In this document: positions 55,173-64,000 of the stretch, in pieces
How positions within the stretch are numbered: the first letter of the stretch is position 1
Layout: the number at the start of each line of letters is the position of its first letter
NCBI GenBank assembly: GCA_950097015.1
Contig: CATNEN010000011.1
Location: 682,001-746,000 of the forward strand
Direction of reading: 5' to 3'
Source: Macrostomum hystrix
Taxonomy: Eukaryota; Animalia; Platyhelminthes
DNA length: 64,000 nucleotides
Made by a program: the position numbers and the translations under genes
Notes under the pieces: generated by a model
The model's database searches: none
Told to the model about the DNA's origin: nothing
The model's input: the letters and a program-made list of their open reading frames with translations, nothing else

Positions 55173-58100
55173 TCAATACGGCGGCTTTCCAAACGATGGC
55201 CAACTACTGGCGTATTGGCCAAAGCTTTGACTAAATTGAGGGAGCTGCTGACTTTGCTGCTGTTGCTGTTGTCTCTGAAGCAGAAGCTGCTGCTGCTGCT
55301 GCTGATGCTGCTGCACCTGATTAAAGTTCAACTGCGGCTGACTTTGGTAGGCATAAGATGGATAGCTGGGCGCTGACTGCTGCTGCTGGCTGGACTGAGG
55401 ATAGACAGTGACGGAGGCGGCTGCCGCAGCGGCCAAAGCGGCCGAGGCAGACATCTGAATGCCTAAACTGGCAGCCGCTGAGTAATGCTGATTTCTATCC
55501 GCCTTATGCTGCTTCTGCAACTGTTGATGCTGAGGCTGCGGCGGCGGTGATGGAATCAGTGGCTGAAGCTTCTGCTGCTGCTGAGGAATAGACAACCTGA
55601 GTGACTGTTGAGAAGTCGATAAAGAAGACTGAGAAGATTGGTATTGGGTTCTATTAGTTGACGTCTGATTAGACAACTGCTGCTGATGATCTGCGCTAGT
55701 CAATGAGAATGGTGATAATTGCTGCGGATTAACTGCAAAAGCTGCTTTCTGCTGCTGCTGCTGCTGCTGCAAAGACAAGGACGATTGCGGCGACTGTTGT
55801 TGAGATGCAAAGGCTTGCGGTAGCAGTTGCTGAGACCGGGGAGACTGATGCTGAGATGAAGGCTGATAATAAGGCTTCGAGACTTGTTGAGTAGACAGCT
55901 TCGGTGGTGAAGATGTCTGTTGCGCTGATTGCTGAGGCCTGGAAGCTTGCTGAGGTGGCAGTTGCTGAGGCTTATTAGCTTGTTGTTGTGGTGGCAGTTG
56001 CTGAGGCTTATTAGCTTGTTGCTGAGGTGGCAATTGCTGGGGCTTATTAGCTTGTTGCTGAGGTGGCAGATGCTGAGGCCTATTAGCTTGTTGCTGAGGT
56101 GGCAGTTGCTGAGGCTTATTAGCTTGCTGGGGTGGCAGTTGTTGTGGTGACAGATGCCGAGGCGGCAGTTGCTGAGGCTTATTAGCTTGCTGCTGAGGTG
56201 GCAGATGCTGAGGCTTATTAGCTTGCTGAGGTGGCAGTTGCTGAGGCTTATTAGCTTGCTGCTGAGGTGGCAGATGCTGAGGCTTATTAGCTTGTTGCTG
56301 AGGTGGCAGATGCTGAGGCCTATTAGCTTGTTGCTGAGGTGGCAGTTGCTGAGGCTTATTAGCTTGCTGGGGTGGCAGTTGTTGTGGTGACAGATGCCGA
56401 GGCGGCAGTTGCTGAGGCTTATTAGCTTGCTGCTGAGGTGGCAGATGCTGAGGCTTATTAGCTTGCTGAGGTGGCAGTTGCTGAGGCTTATTAGCTTGCT
56501 GCTGAGGTGGCAGTTGCTGAGGCTTATTAGCTTGCTGCTGAGGTGGCAGATGCTGAGGCTTATTAGCTTGCTGAGGTGGCAGATGCTGAGGCTTATTAGC
56601 TTGCTGAGGTGGCAGTTGCTGAGGCTTATTAGCTTGCTGCTGAGGTGGCAGCTGCTGAGGCTTATTAGCTTGCTGCTGAGGTGGCAGCTGCTGAGGCTTA
56701 TTAGCTTGTTGCTGAGGTGGCAGTTGCTGAGGCCTATTAGCTTGCTGCTGAGGTGGCAGTTGCTGAGGCCTATTAGCTTGTTGCTGAGGTGGCAGTTGCT
56801 GAGGCCTATTAGCTTGCTGCTGAGGTGGCAGTTGCTGAGGCCTATTAGCTTGTTGCTGAGGTGGCAGTTGCTGAGGCTTATTAGCTTGCTGCTGAGGTGG
56901 CAGCTGCTGAGGCTTATTAGCTTGCTGCTGAGGTGGCAGCTGCTGAGGCTTATTAGCTTGTTGCTGAGGTGGCAGTTGCTGAGGCCTATTAGCTTGCTGC
57001 TGAGGTGGCAGCTGCTGAGGCTTATTAGCTTGCTGCTGAGGTGGCAGCTGCTGAGGCTTATTAGCTTGCTGCTGAGGTGGCAGCTGCTGAGGCTTATTAG
57101 CTTGCTGAGGTGGCATCTGCTGAGGCTTATTAGCTTGCTGCTGAGGTGGCAGTTGCTGAGGCTTATTAGCTTGCTGCTGAGGTGGCAGTTGCTGAGGCCT
57201 ATTAGCTTGCTGAGGTGGCAGCTGCTGAGGCTTATTTGCTTGTTGCTGAGGTGGCAATTGCTGCATTTTCGAGACTTGTGACAGCTGATGCGGAGACATT
57301 GTAGTTGGTGATGTTTGATGTAAATCTGGGTGAGCATTAGTACTAGCCTGCTGCTGCTGCTGCTGCTGTGGCTGCTGAGAGCTGAAAATCCCGCAATAGC
57401 GCGTGTGTCATAGTGTCATGATAAATAAATTGAGAAAAAAGCAATTCTTATTGTCTTGTAAATATTTGTTATTAGTATTAGTAATATGTCGAGTGTATTA
57501 TGTGCAATGCCCTACTAGGGTCAACATTGTTCCCATCTAATAAACTAAACTGTTACAAATGCGCCAGGTGCTAAGTAATTAGCTCGGCTAGGATTAAAAA
57601 CAGAGCAAAATAAACTAGCTGTTTATTTGTTGTCACCGGTTCACAGCACGCTTTGAAATAAAAACAACTGATCAAACTGATTTTCCTGCGGCACCTACAG
57701 GAACAATAACAGGGCACTAAAACTGCAGTTCTGGTCTATTCTCTCTCACTTGAAGTTGGACTTGTCCCGTGGCTCCGCCTTGCAGGCACCCTGCTGCTGA
57801 GTGGACCCCTGCTGCTGAGTGGACCCCTGCTGCTGCTGCTGCTGATGGAGGAGTCTCGGTTTCGGATTGATGATGCACATCAGCTTCCTAAATAGAAATG
57901 ATTCGAGTATTTGAAGTCATGGAAGGAACAAGAACAATCTCTGGATTACTGTGGCGAATCCCAATTACAATTCAGGGATATTGAGATTCCGAAAGAGAAC
58001 AAGAGGATACCGAAATAAGACAATGGGATTCCGAAATGGACAAATGGGATTCCGAAATTGGATAAGGGATTCCGAAAGAGGACAAGGGGATTCGGAAAGA

Positions 58101-61100
58101 AGACATTCGGATTCCGAAAGAGGACAAGGGGATTCGGAAAGAAGACATTCGGATTCCGAAAGAGGACAAGGGGATACCAAAAGAGGACAATGGGATTCCG
58201 AAATGGACAAATGGGATTCCGAAATTGGACAAGGGATTCCGAAAGAGGACAAGGGGATACCGAAAGAGGACAAGGAGATTCTAAAAGAGGATAAGGGGAT
58301 TCCGAAAGAGGACAAGGTGATTCTAAAAGAGGATAAGGAGATTCCAAAAGAGAACAAGGAGATTCCAAAAGTGGACAAGGTGATTCTAAAAGAGGATAAG
58401 GGGATTCCGAAAGAGGACAAGGGGATTTTGAAAGAGGAAAAGCGGATTTTAAAAGAAAACAAGAGGATTCCGAAAAGCACATGTAATACAGGATATTCCA
58501 AGAGAAATATGAAAAAACGGATGAATACACCCACGTGCAACTCATCCAATCTGCAGGCCAAAGCGGTAGCAGTTGTTTCTCGGCGAACTCTCTCAGAGCC
58601 TCCTCCCGATCCGAGTCCTTCGATCGATGATTGGCCAATACGCCGAGCTTAGCCTCTACAATGGATTTTAGCAGTCGCTTGGACTCCGAGCACCACACAA
58701 AATTGCGTCGCGGCTGCGGTCCGGGCGGCCTCGCCGAAGGCGCGGGTTTGCCTTCAGCCGACGCGGCGGCTGCCGCGGCGATATCAGCTCGACGGGCAGC
58801 TTCTAGACGCTCGCGATGCAATCGGACATCGTCGGCGTGCTTGACCATCTGCTGCGGCATGGACAATTCAACAGCCCGACGCAGCTGGTTGAGCAAAGGC
58901 GGCAGCTCGGTCTCAAATCGTTTTTCTCGCAGTGCCATCACTTTGCGGCGAAGGCAAACTTTTGAGGCCAGGCCGAAATGGCTGGTCAGGTGGTTGTAGA
59001 CTGCGTTGCCGCGATGCGCCGGCAGAGACGAGCTGCGAATGTCGGGAGAAAATAACTAGCTGCTTTAATTAGTAAAAAACATGGAGACGTCTGTGATTGG
59101 TTGAGCTAAATTTTAGTCCACTACCATGGCTTCATATCACTGTCGTCGGTGATTGGCCTGGCTAAGCCTCAATCCGATACCAATGGCTTCTAATCTGTCG
59201 TCGGTGATTGGCTGGGCTAAGCCTCAGTCCGATACCAACGGCTTCTAATCTGTCGTCGGTAATTGGCTGGGCTAAGCTTCAGTCCACTATTATAAATGCT
59301 TATCACTTTCGTCGGTGAAGGTGATTGGCTGGACTCAGTCTCAGTCTCAGTCTATTACCATGGTTTTGTATTCCTGTCGTCAGTGATTGGCTGGGCTAAA
59401 ACTCAGTGGAATACAAGGGCTAGGCAAACTTGCCGACTCACCGAACATAATCGTCCAACTCCAGCCAATCCGCGGCGAGCTCTTTGCTAGCAAACAGCTG
59501 CGATGGTTTCAGTCCACCAGGACCGGAGCTTTCTATGCAACGAGCTCCGGCTAGTTTTAATCGGTCAACAATTTCCACTATTCGCTGGGGCAGACTGACT
59601 GGCAGGCAGGCTGCCTCGCCAACAGCGGCAGGTTTTGCTACTGCCAGATTCTGTTGCTGCTGCTTAGGCGGCGTGGGCGGCTGCTGTTTTTTCGACTCTT
59701 CTTCTAGAAGCACGGATTTAAAAACGGAATCAAGCGACGGCTTGGGCGGTGGGCCATTTTTAATTGGAGTTTCAGCGGCCAGTACAGAATCAATAATTGA
59801 ATCAATCGATCGAACTGTGGGCTGCTGCTGCTGGCCGGTTGGATTTTGCGAAGCTACTGAAAGAGCCGGCTTCCCAGACGGCGCCACGGAGCTGACTAGA
59901 GCCGCGAACGACGGAGCAGCCGCAGCGGAAGCGGCTGAGCTAGTTTTCTGCCGTTGCTGAGCCTTGGCCAGAGTCTTAACCGCCTTTGACACTAAATCTC
60001 TGCGCCCAGACGATAACTTGGATTTGGATTTTTTACCGCTATTAAATAGAGAGGGCCGGTCGGGCAGCAGTTCCTGCTTCCGACGCTTCTTGGGCACTTC
60101 CGACGAGCCATTGTCATCGCCGGACTCGTCCGAGGTGTTCTCCGAAGCCGACGAAGAGCCGGACGATCCTGACGCAGCCGTCGAAGAATTCTCCTCATTA
60201 GAGCCGGAAGAAGTTGAGGACTCAACTCGATGTCGCTTTTTAGTTGCGGCGGCGGCAGCAGAAAGGGTACCGGGCGCAGATTCAGAACTTGGTCCTTCGA
60301 TCACAATGTCCGAAGCGTTATCCGTGGTCACCTGCCAGATAGAATAGGGGGTCAAATTTATGACCTTCAGTTATAACTTGATGGAAAACACGAAAGAATG
60401 AGTCTTAAAATTTCGAATTTTGGATCTAAAACCTTAGAATTAAGACATCAAAGGGAAGGGAGGCGGTAAGGGGAAAGGGAGCAAAACCTAGACATTTGAG
60501 GAAAAAACATATAAGCGTAGTATAGCGAACTCTAATAATGAGAAATTTTAAACAAAAAACTATTGGATGGCCTACCTCCAAGTCGCCTTGATTGATGTAG
60601 AATCCGCCTAATTTAGGCTTCTGATTCGGCAGGACCATCAGCTCTTTGGCGTCGCCATCGTCAATGAAAGAATCTTCGGAGTCGTAGCCTTCGCCTGGAT
60701 CCATGTAGTCCTGTACGCAGATTCTACGCTGGCGACAACCGCCTTTACTAACGTAAACCTGAGGACCGTATCTGTGGTGATAGCAATGGGAACGAGTGAT
60801 TTAACTAAGCTGAACATAATTTATAATGCATTATCTGGCTAGCTTTTCTCACCTAGCTTCCAGACTCTGAGCAATGGAGCGCAGTCGTTCATTTTCGGCG
60901 CCATCAATAGCAGCGAATGGATCTGCACTATTCTTTGCAGTGCCGGCATCACCATTGCTGCCGGGTGCTTTTGCGGAGATTGCACCAGCTTCACCAATTA
61001 GATCTAAGAAGGAGTACTCATAGCGCCTATGCTCATCGTCACTATGAGCAGCATCATCTGGCCATAGATTAATCTCTACCCTGTAGGCATAATTAGACTT

Positions 61101-61271
61101 TGTACTATTTTCTACTGATTTGCTCTTGCCAATGGCACCATTCTGGCCGAGCTGTCGACTAGATGGCAAAGCGGCACCAGATGTGACACTGCCTGACTGA
61201 GAAGTCAGCGACGATCCACTGGGCAGGGGACCCAGGGTTTCAAAATCAATATGCCTAGGTCTAGCTGTCAT
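55173..61271 (-). CDS. UBN: Ubinuclein / yemanuclein (HIRA complex H3.3 chaperone subunit), ~1450 aa. Exons 61271-60853, 60771-60576, 60331-59442, 59032-58535, 57887-57750, 57381-55173
   Basis: In-frame chain (4350 nt). Hpc2-related domain GYDSEDSFIDD...GGFYINQGDL, N-terminal DPF...IAQSLEARYG, middle domain VYNHL...PRRNFVW...LWPADWM. Paralogue assignment (UBN1 vs UBN2) is not possible here. Confidence 0.88.
55960..57255 (-). repeat. Coding 30/33-bp repeat (QQLPPQQ[Q]AN[K/R]P, ~40 units) in the last ubinuclein exon
   Basis: All length variants are triplets and the frame stays open into unique Q-rich sequence on both sides. Confidence 0.9.
57990..58480. repeat. Intronic 21-bp minisatellite (ggattccgaaagaggacaagg)n
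   Basis: Within ubinuclein intron 58534-57888. Confidence 0.9.
59085..59405. repeat. Intronic ~55-bp repeat (tgtcgtcggtgattggctgggctaagcctcagtcc...), ~5-6 units
   Basis: Units start at 59141, 59196 and 59251, with degenerate flanking units. Confidence 0.8.
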
Positions 61272-64000
61272 TTACAATTGGCGTATAATATTTGCTTTAG
61301 ATGTTAATGACTGATGAAGTCCTGGTGATGATGAGCTCAGATTCAATGGGGAAGCTGAATTCTGGAATATTTTAAAGTTATGTTGACTTCATCCTGTAAA
61401 AAATTCGGCTGCTTCTTCGGCGGGTTTTTTGAGCAAAATAGGAGTGGAATCTACCAAAATCCCCCCTATCTCGCAAGAGTTAAAGAAACCACCCAGGAAG
61501 CAGCCGATGTAACCATAAATTGTGCGGAAACCGCCGAAGAATCACCCGAACCAGTGGCCCATGGGACAACCAGAGAATTATTTACGGGCGATTCCTCGGC
61601 AGTTTCTGAGCATGGAATCTTCCGAACTGGAGGATTCTTTGGGTGATTCCATTTCGCCACCAAGAAGCACCAAGAAAACAACGCCCATTTGGGTAGATTC
61701 TAAGCATGGAATCATCCGATTGGTATGTTTCCAGCGTTCAGCTGTTTCTTTTTCTGGAAACACCGCAGATTCCAACTGGAATCACCCAAAGAAACATCCC
61801 TATTTTTTATTGGGCACTATCAATGGAATCCATAAACTGTACTAAAATATACTTAGATAGTATGCTATGACACTGCAGTTTGGTAGCTTACTATGTCATT
61901 AAACCAATCAAGTTACTTTAATCTAAAAAATTATAAAGACAACATTTTAAAACCACTAAAAAGCTTATAATGTTTTATCAACATAATATTCTGTGCTTTA
62001 GACTAGATGAATAAAGGTTATTTATTTTTAATGTTCATTTTTTCATCACAAAATTCTTGATACAAAAAATAATATTATTTTAGTAAATAAAGAAATAAAC
62101 AAGAGTGATTTGGTAGAATTAGCAATGTCTTTATAGATAAGACAAATTAAAATATTTAACAGAAAGGGTCTCTGACAAAACAAATAGCTTGTTGTTTTTT
62201 AGGCTTAAACTTAAGATAAAAGCTAAAGAAATATGTTTAATTCTTTATCTGTTTAACTTCTAAAATATGGATTTCTTATATCCTACCAATTAAAAGTTAC
62301 ATTTCAAAGCATAGTAATACAACTTTATCATTAGCTAGCTAGATTGAAGTAATGGTCCTAGAATATAAAATTAATTTTTATTAAACTATAACAACAATTA
62401 TAATGGTACATTAAACTTTACATTTCTAGTATATGTATTTAAAAGTGTTATATAATGGGCCTAGATATAATTATGATGTAGATTTAAATGTACTATATCC
62501 ATTTTTAATTAGCCAACTACATTTTAAATGTAGTTGGCTAAATATGTTCATTTGCATTCTTAGTGGGAAGCATCAAGTAAAGTTAACAGCCTACTTCAGT
62601 AATAGCCACTTTAGTAACAACCAGTTTAGTTTAAGTAACAAATGATCTGATAGGCCTAAGACCTGATCCTGTGATATTAGGCCTATCATATCAAAGTCAA
62701 AAAGCAAAGGTGTCAAAAGTGGCTCAGCCCCATTCATGGGAGACCAAACACATTGGTGCAGTCTAGTTTAGACCCTAGATAGGCCTTACTCAGACCACCA
62801 GACCAGACCCTTGGGTTGCAAATAAAATCAGAGCTTATAGACACTAAGAATTTTATACTCAGATGCTATATATAAAATACTAATACTGTCATAGATCAGA
62901 ATCTAGACAATTTCTTGGAGAGTCTACTAGTGACATAATCAGACAAAAGGGAACAAAGGCTTAGTCCCCCCAGGATCAACAGGCTACTCACCCCAAACCA
63001 CCAGAAGTGGCAGCCAAGTGGCCCCAAACTCAACCACCAGTGGCAGCAAAGCAGATATATTTAAAATGTAAAATGTACACACACATACACATACAGGTAA
63101 ACAAAGACACAAAGACAGGATAATTGAAAGGAATAGATTGAAATCTAAGAAAACCCTACAACAACTTTGGTGGCATAATATTGAAATTAGGCCCCTACTT
63201 AGACATTATATTAAAATTACCCTAGTAAAAACTTTGGTGTCAAAAGTAGGATACTAAACATTAGCACTAGAATAAGTATTTAGGCCTAGGCCTATTACAT
63301 TGTAACTGTGGGTCATTATCCATATGGCCATAGCCATTTTACTATCACAAAAGTAAGAAATTCGGTAGTGCTGTTACTGAAGTGCCTTTTATTCGCGAGT
63401 TACAAGGCCCATTATATGCCAGGTGGTAGGCAGGTTAGTCCTATATTAAATTTATGTGCTAAAACATTAACACAACAGTTGACATAGCGACTACATTTTA
63501 ATAATTAGTTACAAAAATGACAAAGTGAGTAAGTAGGCCTACAAGTTGTGTAAATCAAGTCTGTTAGTTATGATTCAGAGTTAAAACTAAGTGGAGCAAC
63601 CTAACTACGTAACGACTAATGCGGTCCGCCAGCTAAGAAGATCAGATCAAGCCAAGTTTGATGCGTCGAGGCATGTCTATATAATCTTTTTTATGAAATA
63701 CCGATACTACATGAAAGGAACTTTTAGAGATAACACTGCAAAGCATATTCAGAAGTGCTCTGTAAATATTAGAGCACAACCTTTAAATCTGTTAACAGTC
63801 CATATAATTAACTATTTTGTAAGAAACGGAACAACCTAATTACTCGGATTTGAATAACATCGTGCATATACTATAGCAAATTTATTGTTATAGTTTAAGT
63901 ATTCGGCAGAGCTAAAGTTTTTTAACTTCAAAATATAACTCAAGCACTTATTTACACAATTGAGTAGCTCTATAGTACTATTTCTAGAATTTACTATTTG

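Noticed and set aside
55700-57337. Alternative-frame and antisense ORFs over the ubinuclein repeat (SNCHLS, RWQLLRLISLL)
   Set aside because: Shadows of the coding VNTR; only the Q/P frame connects to the upstream exons.
57946-58652. ESPCPLL, IPKEDKG and FGIPLSS ORFs, including the apparent C-terminus of the 331-aa ORF
   Set aside because: They run through the intronic 21-bp array after the ubinuclein donor at 58534.
61850-64000. AT-rich region with a repeated ggtgtcaaaagt motif and short ORFs
   Set aside because: I found no terminal repeats, recognisable coding motifs or gene structure; treated as intergenic or upstream DNA.

Overview
Eukaryotic (invertebrate metazoan) genomic DNA: spliceosomal GT-AG introns, introns packed with minisatellites, and two tRNA-derived SINE families. 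The style is reminiscent of the flatworm Macrostomum, but that is an inference. Most long entries in the ORF track are artefacts of tandem repeats. I built gene models by hand from splice sites and exon phase. (1) A secreted multi-copy propeptide (signal peptide plus GYG[Y/H]LRQAM[M/I]-KK repeats) occurs twice, with 47 and 55 repeats. (2) The two copies sit in a tandem segmental duplication (7899-21415 / 21416-~31605), which also copied the C2-domain exons of a cytosolic phospholipase A2 and left an orphan C2-only fragment. (3) The complete cPLA2 (~30136-38552, +) has an intact Arg/Ser/Asp catalytic set and a ~300-aa low-complexity tail. (4) A ~2090-aa protein (39874-47388, +) joins ~30-35 degenerate ankyrin-like repeats to a Mab-21/cGAS-like (cGLR) domain with a substituted active site. 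(5) A DEG/ENaC channel (48743-53320, +) has non-canonical gating motifs. (6) Ubinuclein (61271-55173, -) carries a long QQLPPQQQANK repeat. The best candidates for novelty are the amplified, duplicated propeptide and the giant ANK-cGLR putative pseudo-enzyme. No databases were searched; all family calls rest on motifs recognised by eye.
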